From Phoronis australis (Eukaryota > Animalia > Phoronida), in the NCBI GenBank assembly GCA_002633005.1, contig NMRA01000010.1:551252-615251 (forward strand): DNA of 64,000 bases, given 5' to 3'. Shown here piece by piece: positions 1 through 11,769 of the stretch. Position 1 is the first letter of the stretch. The number at the start of each line of letters is the position of its first letter. The position numbers were made by a program, and so were the translations under genes. A model generated the notes under the pieces. That model was not told where the DNA came from, did no database searches, and worked only from the letters and a program-made list of their open reading frames with translations.

Positions 1-203
1 GGCTACCCTGTCTTATGAAACAAAAAGCAATAGTTAACACTAATAACTTGAAAGCGGATAATTAACATTTTGTCATATGGTACTTATAGAAGCCACTATT
101 TTACAACTGACCAGTTGGCAGGGTTAGTTTTTCTGAAAAATGAATGTTCATCTCATTGAGTATTTATGGGAAGAATAAACAAATGAGTCATGTGAACACA
201 GAC

Positions 204-325
204 CTCCTCAGGCCCCTCCTGTTGGGCAGCTGTGTCAGGTTCTTCTGGTGTCGGGTCAGGGGTCACTTCCTGTCTAGTGCCAGCCTCTGTCTGATGACTC
301 AGCAGATCAAAAACAATCAAAGAAC
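204..325 (-). CDS. SEC23IP: SEC23IP exon 12
   Basis: [12 protein letters not shown] continues the GHSLG motif; cag acceptor; donor gtctgt at 203 is less certain. Confidence 0.82.
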
Positions 326-3300
326 CTGAAATGTATGAGATTAGCCATCAAGCAGCCAATTTACAACACACTGAGTTACCAATAAAAAATAATTTTGCTT
401 TTTCTTCAACTAGTACAACAAAGAAGGGAAACTTTACTTTGCTGACATAACCAGTAGAGCAGTAATTCAGGAGACAAATTCAGTTAATATTTAAAATATC
501 CAAACTAATGAAAAGCAAGGCAAAGCCACTGTATAAACCAGAGGACAACTCTTTTGTATTATACAGCCATGGCAATTTTGTAACAAGCACACTGCAAGAA
601 CACCTGTAAAATGAAAAGACAGCTGTTTTCACTGCAATTACTTCTATACTACTTTCCTATAGCTACAAAAGAAAATCCCAGCTCGAGTCCTATAATGAAA
701 TGTCCATAACAACGGAATTTCCATGATCACTCATGATCAAACATCAAATGAATGAACACAAATAAAAACTTAGTTCTTATATTTTTTAATCAATTTTAGC
801 AAACCTAAAGATATTTTTGACAGCAAATATTCGAATAAATGTGACAATTTTATCCAAAGCCCATACTTGATGACCCCTAGGGGTAGACTACAACACTGAA
901 TTTGAAGCTCTACCGTTGTTAAATAAGCCAACTTGGAATATTTAATAATCTGCATCTATCAAATACATCCATGCACATACTAAAATACAACAAAAATATG
1001 AAATAAAGTTGGAATGACAGTTTGCATTTAGGTATTAATTTCAGGTCCAATAATCACCAATAAAAACCAAGCCGCACCTAAACTGTGCCCTGTGAGCGAC
1101 ACTTGACCCCTAAATGAGGGATTCCTCTCCAAGAAGACACTGTAGAGCCTATTGATTTCACTTCCCACAGTCTGAGCGATCTGCTGGCAGTAACGAGGAC
1201 TTGAGTAGAACAAGATGTCCAACAGTGTGTTATTGGTGAAGTGGCGTAGCTTGGGTATACTGCGCAGAGTGATCGACTTCAGTTGTCTGAAAACAGTGAA
1301 ACAAGGGCAATTAACGACAACAATGGATACCAGAAAATGGTTCCTGAGCGTACGCCCATGATTTCCTTTTCCCATAACACGTAGACTAAACTGTAGTAAT
1401 TTTTATAAATAATTGGTGCCAAGTAAAAGTGAATGAATGAAGTCACAACACAACTTGCACGGGTTTTATTCATTTTGTGACAGATGTCCACAAGTTTTCC
1501 CTTGTGACTTCTCAAGTTTTTCTGGTATTCCATGATGACTGCACACAGGGTAGGACTAAGTACCAAAGAATTTCCTATATCAAAAAAATCGTAGAACGGA
1601 CAATCTACATTTATGACAGTCACAAAATATTACAGCTAGTATTAATTCAATGATAGCCTGATCCATAATCAAACTATGGCCATCTCAAAAACCTCCTTAT
1701 TGAAATGCATGCCTGTGAAATTATAAGGTAAAAAAGTTGACTAGCCACACCTTTGCCAAAAACGGCCACCTTAAGTGTCAGAGCAAAATAAATTGTACCA
1801 GTGGACAAGAGGGGATTCCACAAGAACTATCTCATGCAATGTCTCTCCATCCACACACGTAATGTCTCTATGTCTCTGTGCAATAAGCTGCACCTGTACA
1901 TGATGTAGGCTAGCTTACCTGTCTACACCTGTGGCGTCACCGTGTAGCGAATCATACCAGTACACAGGTAAGAACTCTACTCTGCCTACCCTGCCCTCTT
2001 CCAGGTAAGGCTTGAAGTGAGAGTTCATCAGCTGAATAGAGATTGAACGGAAGTCATCCACTGTAACAAAGACAATGTCTCGTTCACTGATCAGTCCATA
2101 GCATGAGGAAATCATAAAATGACAGAACAAATGTAACGTATACCACTGCTAGTAACATTTATTTTGATAGGATCAGCATATGCATACAGATCTATCATAC
2201 AGATCTATCATACAGATCTATCACACAGATCTATTGACAGAAGATGAAATAATCCTCTTTCTCTTTTATTTTATTCACAAACTATATTATCATGGTGTAC
2301 ACACCGCGGAGCTACTCTGTTAGAAGTACAACGCTTGCAACTATTGCAGGTTAAAATTTCAGAAGTTAGTTATGAATACCCAATAATGATCTACAACATT
2401 ATAGCAGGATTCATTTTGAGTACACATCCCACGCATTATAATTCCTGGTACATCAGTGTGATGACTAAACATGACATAAGCATCTCTAAACCACACATTC
2501 AATCTACAAAGACTTAATGACCCACAATAATATTTTTCTGAAACACACCCTGACATAGCTAGCATACACCACTCACCACACTCCACAATACTTCTGAAGC
2601 GCATGTCACAGATGGGTCCGATGCCATGAACTACGAAGACTAGGTGATCCACCTGACTAGGCTCACCTGTAAACACAAAGACTCAGGTGCGACATCCAGC
2701 AAAAGGTGAACAACACAAGTCTAGACTCCTCAGTGCATTTTGAAATTTTAGCAAGATAGTCGACATACTCCTCCGTGACAAATAACACAATGTTTTAACA
2801 AATTTAGAACTTTGTGGAACATTGTCATGAACAAAGCGAATTTCATAAAAATATCACACATGAAATCGCATACAATATTTGTGACCATGTGGGTTAGCTT
2901 TAAGACCTGCAAACGTATTTAAAAATAGAAATACCTGAGTACTGTTTAGAAATATTTTCACGTCCTATATTATATTTTCATGGCCTTATATCATATTCGT
3001 GTCACAATTTTGTGTTGTCTTCTAAAACACCACTCACCATCCTCAATGTTATCAAATTCACCAATGCCTCTTCGCACGACCATTGGTCTGTACTGGTCAG
3101 CCTGAAAACACTTGAAAAGTCATGCGGAGCAAGAGATTTCTATCAATGACTTATGTACTAAGTATGCTAGACATTTGCTGAGACACTTGCCAAAAAACAG
3201 TTGAGTATTTTGGGCATTATGTACTGTTTTTTTATAATTCAAAATTCTGGCATAGCTGTTCAATCATTTTACTAGTATGCGCTAATAACGAGACGCGCTC

Positions 3301-6300
3301 AGCCGTGAAACACTGGTGACATCTTGTGGTACACACCGGTGGGATTTCACGACACATAAGAAACCGCCACTTACAGGTTTCATAGATAAAAGAACATGTC
3401 TGAAATAATTAAGATTTTGCATAAGTAAAAAGGTGTCACATTTCCTACAATTTACTAATAAACTGAATTGTATTCCAATAGGCAATTGTTACCCAAAAGG
3501 CAATTTTACAGAGGCACTGCTGGTCAAAAGCAATTGGAGACATTAAAAATACTCGTTAAAATAGACAGCTTTGTTGAAGGCCGGTTCACAGTGAGTTACA
3601 TTTGTTTAACCATTTTAACAGTAACTGTTTATAATTTTAAAAATTAAACAGGACTTGTAATGAGCAATGACAAAAAGAGGGAAAATTTACAGGTGACGTA
3701 TCCTTCTATAAATGTATAGGCTGATGAGATAGAAATATTTTTGTGTTGTAAAACTTAACTGCAAGAAATGCTTTATGATGAATAAAATCAATAATGATAG
3801 AAAGAGACATAAAAGAGAAAACTGGAAATTAAAATGAGAAAATCCTCTTAAAAGAGGCAAATTACGATTAAAGCTACTGCAAAAGAGATGCTATATGTAT
3901 GTAGATTGTTTCATCAATGGTATCATCAACACAACACGCCATGTTTCGACACGCAATTACTGTTCCACCTCTACACCTTCCTTAACAGCTATGTGCACTA
4001 AAAAGTACCCTAACTGGTGTTGCGGTGAAGTGGAGTTTTTTTTGGTCACAAACTGGCCTTCCCAAGTACTGTGAACACACATCACTTAAAGAGTATCTGC
4101 GTGACTTACAGCCGTTGTTCCAAATTCATCTGGCATTGCTGACGGTCTGAAGTGTACAATGACTTTAGGATTATGCATGACGATCGTCTCACCACCAGGG
4201 AACTCCAGTCTTTTGTGCCACACTTGAGTCAGTATGGCGTTCCTGTATTCCTCCTGAAGAGTAATTACATTAATTTCTAAAGTCAAATAATACCAGTACA
4301 TACAGCAAGTCTTGTAATAACAAAGTCCTAAGCCAGACCACCACAAAGTAACAACAAGTGCCAACATTGGTACACCATGAATAACGAACAACAGCCAATA
4401 ACTATTACACCCACAAAACAGAAATGGACCACATGACTTCACTTAACAAATCACTTAAGACAATTAAAACAAGAATCAAAGACAGAATAATGGCAACATG
4501 CAACACATTGATGCTGAATCAGACCACCAGGAATGCTTCAACAATCAGATCCTTTACAGAGAGTTCTTCGAAAGCAGCATGTTTATCTTACACAGGACTA
4601 CTGCACACAGCTAATGTCACCATTAATCAATTGTTTTATACAATGGAGACTTGATTACCTCTAGTTTTGACGCGAAATCTTCAGTATAGGGCACAAACCG
4701 TCCATCAGACTCCTGCTTGTAAAACCAAGAGCATCGGCGTACCTCAGTGTCCTCTTCAATCCAATAGATGGCAGTGCGTGTCCTGCTCTGTAAGTCGACA
4801 TCATAGCGACCACCATCTGTAGCTACGACGTCAACTTCTCTACCAATGCGCACTATCAACAGAGAACACAGGCATCATGTTAATTAGTGAATTCAATGTG
4901 TACATTGACCCATGATCAATAAAGACTTGATCTGAAAATTACTCAATTGCGTCGCTTTCAATTTGAAAGTTAAGTACACTGAATTTGTGCAACGCGATTG
5001 GTCAATTTTTAGAAGTCTCGAGTAAAGTTTGGTGGCTGAAGACCCAGAATTTCCATACCTCATTTTTGTGAAGTTTTATAAAAACGAGAGGTTTATACAA
5101 ATCCAAGGCTAAAAATGTTCGATACCAAACATGAGTTACAGTTGAAGGGGTTTTCACAGACAAGTTAGCCAATTCTATTACAGTTCACCAAGCTTCGTCT
5201 AGTTTATGACAAAAACCTAATAGGATACCGAACAAAAAGTAACACAAAACATGACATAATCATTTGTTTTCAAATAACACGGAATATTAAATAATATAAT
5301 CATTTGTCTGAAAATAAACCAAAAGTTTCGCTCAGTAATTTCAGCGATTTATGAAAAGCAAAGTCGTGGTAATATACAAGCAATGTGTTTTATTTAATAT
5401 ATCACCACTAACTTTAAAAAAAGCAGCATGGCCTACAGGGATAAGTGCTTGTACATCCTTTACTCAAGGAAGTGGGCTCGAGTCCCAATAGGGTACACTG
5501 CTAGACCCTCGAGTCACGTTTCTAGATATGAGCTCCTCAGCTCAGTTTTAACTATATATTAATAAGTATAAAAATGACTCCAGGTGATCAGTGCAACAGA
5601 CGCATCAAAGCACCTGCAACTATTATTTTTTAAACACGTACTTGCACACCAAGCCTCTTCCAACTTCATAGAGTCAATGACTGAGAAGGCCCTCCATACA
5701 TCCCGACCTTCGACCTCCTTCCTGTAGAACCAGTGGTGTTGAACTGGTCTAGGAAAGACAAAATCAAGGTGATAAACTCAGGGGAACAGGAACTGTTTGA
5801 GGAATAACAATCCAATAGTACCATACTCATCCTTGTTAACACCCAGAGCATGTGAACTGGGAAGCAAAATTTTTGGGAAAGGGTATTTACGCGAATGATT
5901 GATTTGAGTGAACACATCGAAACTGGTGCCCATATTATGAGAGTACAGGTAAATCCCACCCGAATATGGCACTGGAAGTGTTCTTTAATCAGCTGTTAAA
6001 CGGTTTCGTGCAATTGGGAGCTAAACTTCGCATGAGAAGGGTACTCAGAAAGACATAAGCGCCTTCAGGGAAGACCCTATCGCATAAATTGGGCGAGGGC
6101 ATTAAATTAATCATGGGTGTTTAAAGGTGAAAATTTGGAAATTTCGCTGGATGACAGCAAGAAATAAATGAAAACAACACATAAAGTAAACACTCATTCA
6201 TTGAGCTATGCTTTTAACAGTTGGACATCAAACAGACAAGACACACTCATCCAAAAAAAAGCAGTTGAGCCAATCAATTTCAGAGATTGCTACACAGATG

Positions 6301-9300
6301 TCAAATGGTGTGATTTCTATTTAAAGTATGATAAGTCCAAAATGGAATTTAACAAGGTAAATAATTATGGCCAGATGTCAGTATTTGAGAGCCAGTGAAA
6401 TGCAGACACTGGTGTCAGAACATTGACATGAATGCCAAGTAACAAAAAACATTGGAATAACAAAACATTTCGTGTTTTAGTTGTAATAGAAAATGCGATT
6501 GTTTATGGCGATATTGAGTACAAGGCAGTGACTACCACATGCGGAATGAATACAGGTGAGATTCGACAAGTTCAGAATTGTATAGAACATAATTACATGA
6601 CATAAACTTTGGAAATATAAAATTAGGACTATTTTATTTTTAAACAGTCAATTTATGCATGCTCATTCCTATTTTACGGATTTTGTAGTATTCAGAGCAA
6701 TATTTGTTCTGGGAGCCTAATAAATACAATACCTGTATTGTGATTGATTGAGACCGGCCATAGCTGAGGTTGGTGCATATATTTCTGGCTGTGGCGCAAC
6801 TGGAGTCTGGTCACTGAATTCACTGTATGCTGGAGGGTTGTCTGGGACAAACATGGAGTTTGGGGGAAAGGCTGTTTGTGTGGGAGGTGGTCCACTCAAA
6901 GGAGGGACGCTCATGGGGGGTGGACCACTCATGGCAGGAGGAGTGGGACCGCTCATTGGGGGAGGGAGAGCATTTATAGGAGGATGTGGGCCACTGATAG
7001 GGGCCATCATGGGAGGAGCAGGGCCAGAGTTTGCATATGTCCCGGCTGGTGGGGGAGCGTAACGTGGTGGCCCCTGTTGTCGGCGAAAACTTTGTGGTGG
7101 ACCTGAAACAACAAGAAAGATACATCACATCCATTATTTAGTTTAACTTAGGTACAGAAAAATGAAAACTGGAATTTACTGAGTGAAGTTGTCAGTGTTT
7201 AGGACCTGTTCATGCTAATAATACCACACCACACTACGGATTTATAACCACTGACAACTCTGTAAATCTGTGCAAACTTATGCTTGATTAACCTCCCTAC
7301 TTGGTTAAACACTGCATAGTTAAACACACCACAAGCATGTTTTTTCACATTGTTTCCGATTACTACAAGAACACGGGAAAACTTACAGTATTTTGCAGGC
7401 AACTCAGACAAAAAAGACAGACTTCTAAAAACTCTGCCAAGAAATGATGATATTTGATAAATTCTAGACATTAAATGAAAAACCGCTGCAATGTTTTGTC
7501 ATCAGTACAAAATGGAGGTTCAAAATGTCCGTAATTGCTGTCCCCATTTATCTATAAGAAACAATGATAATTCTACAACAAATCAGCAAAGCAAGAAAAA
7601 CTGCTTCTGAGTTGTAATCTGGAGCAATGAATGCATTTCTTGACTATTTTGAAATAGAAACTAGTATTCATGGGCATTTCAAGACAACTTGGAATACAGA
7701 ACATGAGCAATGCAGAAAACTGAAATACGCCCGTGGCTGCACCAAAAAGGGTTGCTTTTAGGGGAGTTTATTAGTATCATAAAAATGGTCACTAGACAAT
7801 GCAAAGTACATCAAAACCAACTGTGAATTGAAAGAAATAGTTGTCTCCTTAATAGAGACTCATTTTCCAAATTTCACGAAAATCCGTCGTCAGCTTCATA
7901 GGAACACATCAGCCAAATCTCATTGACGCCCTGAAAAGTGTTTAGGAGATACAGCAGCGGACGCCTGGACAGCAGCGACATAAATATGCACCCACATGTG
8001 TATATTTGGGGCATAAAAATGTGAAACAAAACTTCAACAAAGAGAACACCAGGGGAGCTAGTGAACACCTCTCACTTGACTGCAGCTGTATGTGTAACAA
8101 TGCTTCAAGTATGTAATGGAGTTCATGTATGTAATGGTGGACTGGGCAAGGTATTCAAAAATTAATTACATTGCATAGTACGGTAGTTTGGGAAAAAATA
8201 CTGCCTCGGCACAGTCATCAAAATTTTGAAGCAAACATTTAGGTCAAATACTTTGATGATTCCCTATGAACTTCCTCTTGAATTCCTTCTCTATTTTTGC
8301 AAGCACTTTTAATTGACAAAGCAGGACCAATTTGAAGAAATTGATCAATCTTTAAAAAATATACATTACTTGCTTTAACTTTGTACCAAAGATAGATACC
8401 AAGCAATCGCGTCGACTGATACAAGATAAAAACATTGCAAGGTGGAGCGCTAGTCATCTGAACATTGTAAAAAACTGTACTCTCATCAATGAAAACATTA
8501 CTCTGTTAAATTTCACAAAGAACGTGTTTGGTAGAAAGAGATGAAAACAAAAAACACACTTCAGTATTTCTGCAGAGAGAGAGTATGCCGCTGGGCTGAT
8601 ATTGGCATACATTTATTTTAACCATTTTGAAATTTCAGCCTGGGGATGAAGAAACAATAAAATATACACTTGGTGCCATCACAGTTAGTGTCCAGATTAC
8701 AACACACAGGGAAATTACTGAAAACAAATACAGTCAAGAAACACTGCTAAAACACATTCAAATCAAGATAGTACACTTTTCAGAATGACACACTTACCTG
8801 ATGGTGGCCCAGCCATGGGTGGAGGACCTCCCATAGACGGTGCACCACTGACTGGTGGATCTCCATTACTGGCTGCACCGTAGAAAGGTTGTGTCATCAT
8901 TGTGTGAGGAGTTACCTCAGCAGGGGGAGGAGTAGCTGAGGCGGGGGGCTGGCCAAAACCAGAGATTGGCGGTTGTCCTGCCATATTGGGTATTTGGGGT
9001 GGAGTGGCGCTGGCAGGTGGGCGTACTTGTTGGCTGCAAATGACCATCATTTGTAAGGTGAAGAAAGTCAATGAATGAAATTACAGTCAAGGCAAAAAAG
9101 AGCTGTTTGCATATATTTTGAGTAAATACTAGGTATGACAATGACTAGGATTTAAACCATGGCTGACAGACAATCACAGCAGCATTCATAATCATTTAAG
9201 CAATTTTCTCACGACAGGCCCAAATTTGTTTAAGAGTCATCAGAAGATGATAAGATACACGCTGTGATTAACACTTTGTTGATTACTACTAAGTAACTCT

Positions 9301-11427
9301 AAGCCAAATAAAAATTATCAAATCAAAAACATGCATCATCGATCATAACAATAAAGTTAAACACATCATAAAATGTAACTGGAAACAAACCTTGCTATTG
9401 GCTGGTTCTGACTAGACACAGGGTGTGCCTTGTATCCCACTTGAGCGAAGGGGTCGTTTGACTGTTGAGACTGAGTTTGAAAGTACGTGAAGGTCGCTGG
9501 TTCCGATGCAGACGTATTCGCTGAATCTGGAGGGGTCTGACCAATGAAACTGTCCGCTTCAGCCTCCATGTCTATAATGAACAAACTGGTTTTTAACATG
9601 GGGCAGAAATACTAGCAGTGCTAATGCGACCTCAGATTGTGTTTGGTGAACTGGAAAGAATCCCAAGTCGCCACAGTGAGTATTAAAATCAGTTAATAAT
9701 TCCCCCCGAAATTTGTTTCAAAGGTTGTGGTGACTCCAAACTTTAAATCCATACATTTAACAGCTTTGGTTCACAATTGTGCCATTTATTTCATGAAATC
9801 AGTGAAGCCGGCAGCAAACATCAACCACACTGTCAAATTACAACAGGAAGTAAACAGAAATTGAAGAGGTACGCGTAACTTTCTGAGAACCGAGTGTGCC
9901 ACAAGCAAGTTTCAACAATCACATTAGTCTTATCTGTAATGCCAATTTCTGCCAATTACTTACTGAAGGATCGGCAAAAAAGAAGGTACCAATGGTTGAG
10001 GCTCTATCTCGTGGTACTGGAAGCTGACACATGAGATCGCTCCACAAATTTCACAGCAGAATTACACTACAATGGCATATCTTTTAGGTTCGAGGAGAAG
10101 CGTAGTTTTTAATGACATGTCAAGTTTTTGTTTGTACAGCTTTTTTACCTGGATTATCGCTCTAAAACTGTATACATAAACAGCTTGATACCAACTCCAA
10201 GACAAACTTAACACACACCTTCGAGAGGAAATTTGAGGCTACGTGAACACCCGAGGTGTTTCACATGTACTGCAGTTAACAGAAAGAAGAGCTGAAAGTT
10301 GAAACATGCGATTGAGAAACTGCGAGTCACATTAGGAGTGGATTGAAAAGACCAAGTAAGCCACCAGATCGGGTTAACTTGGTCTGGTTACATGGTCCAA
10401 TCTCGTAGACCAAGTAAACTCTTTCACCCGAGTTGCAGTCTACCGTTAAAATCTGANAAAAAAACAAGTGAACAATATTTTGATGACCAAGGCGTGGGCC
10501 GAAACTGTTAAGCACCCAGCGTGTTCCATTTGTCTGCTGCGTTTTTCCTTTGGCCTAACAGATGTCGGTTAGTGCCTGGGACAAATAGATACATTGCATA
10601 AACAATCCCTGGGTTGCTTTTTGTTCCGTCTGAAGAAAATTTAATTTCGAAAATATCTTCTGAAAATGAACAAAAAAGTGCATTAGTAAAATCAACAAGT
10701 TTTTAAGTGGTCTCAAAAAAACAGTCGGTAAATGCATTAATTTTAGTCTCAGTTCTTCCACGCGTGTTTCTCCCGAGAGGTTAGTACCTAACGTGCAGAC
10801 GAGCGTTCAAATTGGAACGCTAAGTCCCGCGTGGCAGCGCTGCACGCGAAACAAGATGGCGGACGACCTTTGGAGACTGACGACGAGAGGTAATCGGACT
10901 ATAGTAACACAACAATTCTATAAAGGTAAGTCTTTATTTCAGCAAAGAATTTACAATAGTCCGTAGTGATTTTCAATTAAATATAATGCAAAATGTGCCA
11001 AAACGTCCGATAATTAGGTCACTTGACTGTACTTAACTAAGGTCAAGCTGTGTTTGGCAGACCTGGTCACTATGTCTATGAAACTGTGGCAAACATTCAG
11101 ATTTTAACAGTAGACTACAACTAGGGCGTAGGAGATCATCGGGTCAACAAGCTTGGACAGTGTATTCAGACCAGGTTCACACCGTCTGGTGGCTTACTTA
11201 ACTTGGCCTACAACTGAGAAGTCACAACAGAAATGTTATTGAATGAAAAAGCCGGCTTGTTTCCCTGTCACATATTCACCTGCTGTTATCAACGACTGGT
11301 TATTTTGGACGATGGGAACAAGCAGATTTACACCAGATGTTGCCTCCATGGTCAGACCTCCTCCTGGCGGCATCAGAAGCAATGGAGGGGGTGTTTGTTC
11401 CTTATTTCTGTCACTCCTTGCTGACAT
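204..11427 (-). CDS. SEC23IP: SEC23-interacting protein / DDHD-family intracellular phospholipase A1-like gene; 12 coding exons in window, 3' end (SAM/DDHD domains) expected beyond the left edge
   Basis: Exons 11280-11427, 9391-9571, 8798-9033, 6733-7102, 5642-5748, 4659-4852, 4110-4253, 3038-3101, 2577-2666, 1919-2060, 1078-1286, 204-325 join in one frame with GT-AG introns. Product has DSFIGQT, a Pro-rich N-terminus, [49 protein letters not shown] and the lipase motif GHSLG, all typical of SEC23IP/DDHD2. Confidence 0.93.
1078..1286 (-). CDS. SEC23IP: SEC23IP exon 11 (ends in lipase motif GHSLG)
   Basis: [32 protein letters not shown]...[17 protein letters not shown]; cag acceptor, gtgcgg donor. 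Confidence 0.93.
1919..2060 (-). CDS. SEC23IP: SEC23IP exon 10
   Basis: [11 protein letters not shown]...[22 protein letters not shown]; cag acceptor, gtaagc donor. Confidence 0.93.
2188..2235. repeat. 13-bp tandem repeat (CAGATCTATCATA), about 4 copies
   Basis: Seen directly. Confidence 0.85.
2577..2666 (-). CDS. SEC23IP: SEC23IP exon 9
   Basis: [29 protein letters not shown]; cag acceptor, gtgagt donor. Confidence 0.93.
3038..3101 (-). CDS. SEC23IP: SEC23IP exon 8
   Basis: [22 protein letters not shown]; cag acceptor, gtgagt donor. Confidence 0.88.
4110..4253 (-). CDS. SEC23IP: SEC23IP exon 7
   Basis: [35 protein letters not shown]; cag acceptor, gtaagt donor. Confidence 0.92.
4659..4852 (-). 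CDS. SEC23IP: SEC23IP exon 6
   Basis: [10 protein letters not shown]...[10 protein letters not shown]...FVPYTEDF; tag acceptor, gtaatc donor. Confidence 0.92.
4920..5025. mobile_element. Old palindromic MITE-like element
   Basis: GACTTGATCTGAAAATTACTCAATTGCGTCGC is imperfectly complementary to GCAACGCGATTGGTCAATTTTTAGAAGTC. Confidence 0.5.
5423..5585 (+). mobile_element. Degenerate tRNA-derived SINE
   Basis: A-box-like TGGCCTACAGGG and B-box-like GGCTCGAGTCC at tRNA-like spacing. Confidence 0.45.
5642..5748 (-). CDS. SEC23IP: SEC23IP exon 5 ([36 protein letters not shown]-like)
   Basis: Frame not shown in the ORF track; tag acceptor, gtacgt donor. Confidence 0.9.
6733..7102 (-). CDS. SEC23IP: SEC23IP exon 4 (Pro-rich, SGPPP repeats)
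   Basis: cag acceptor, gtattg donor; ends QYR, which joins PVQHHWFY. Confidence 0.88.
8798..9033 (-). CDS. SEC23IP: SEC23IP exon 3 (Pro-rich)
   Basis: cag acceptor, gtaagt donor, phases 2/1 fit neighbours. Confidence 0.85.
9391..9571 (-). CDS. SEC23IP: SEC23IP exon 2
   Basis: tag acceptor and gtttgt donor; encodes DSFIGQT and NDPFAQVG. Confidence 0.85.
10354..11199. repeat. Diverged inverted repeat pair (arms ~10354-10457 and ~11096-11199)
   Basis: Ungapped manual alignment gives 76/99 identical nt. Confidence 0.85.
10856..10925 (+). other. Candidate antisense first exon inside SEC23IP intron 1 ([23 protein letters not shown])
   Basis: CAAGATGGCGG (YY1/Kozak-like) start in a CpG-rich patch; consensus donor AAG|GTAAGT at 10926. 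Confidence 0.4.
11280..11427 (-). CDS. SEC23IP: SEC23IP coding exon 1 ([24 protein letters not shown]...SLITA)
   Basis: ATG at 11427, donor G|GTGAAT at 11279; phase 1 matches the 9571 acceptor, giving [14 protein letters not shown]. Confidence 0.8.
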
Positions 11428-11711
11428 TCTTACAAAATCAACACGTCGTTTCCGGAAGTGAGCTCATATCCGAGATTAATTGATGATATTACATACCTGT
11501 AAAATAAATGTAACAAATATTATATTTTTATCCATGAAATTTAAAAAAATAATGAGAAATGGACACCAAAAGTCTTACATATTCCCAAATATTAAAGCCA
11601 TTTCTAGTTTTGAGATTATAAAGTCACGTGGAGAAGATTTCCCGCGGTTTCTGTCCCTTTAAAGTTGTTGTTCTCGTCGAAGTGTAGGGTTCATTGTTTT
11701 TGGTCAGAAAT
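11428..11711. promoter_or_regulatory. Compact bidirectional promoter between SEC23IP and MCMBP
   Basis: 284 bp between divergent ATGs; ETS-type CCGGAAGTG at 11452-11460, E-box GTCACGTG at 11623-11630, E2F-type TTTCCCGC at 11638-11645. Confidence 0.7.
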
Positions 11712-11769
11712 ATGCCTGGAATCGAAGATTGGCTCAGCAGTCCGCTAACCGTTGTTCAAGGACTTTTTG
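11712..11769 (+). CDS. MCMBP: MCMBP exon 1 ([19 protein letters not shown])
   Basis: ATG at 11712, donor G|GTAATT. Confidence 0.9.

Noticed and set aside
6692-7134. Multiple overlapping ORFs
   Set aside because: Shadow frames of the GC-rich, Pro-rich SEC23IP exon 4.
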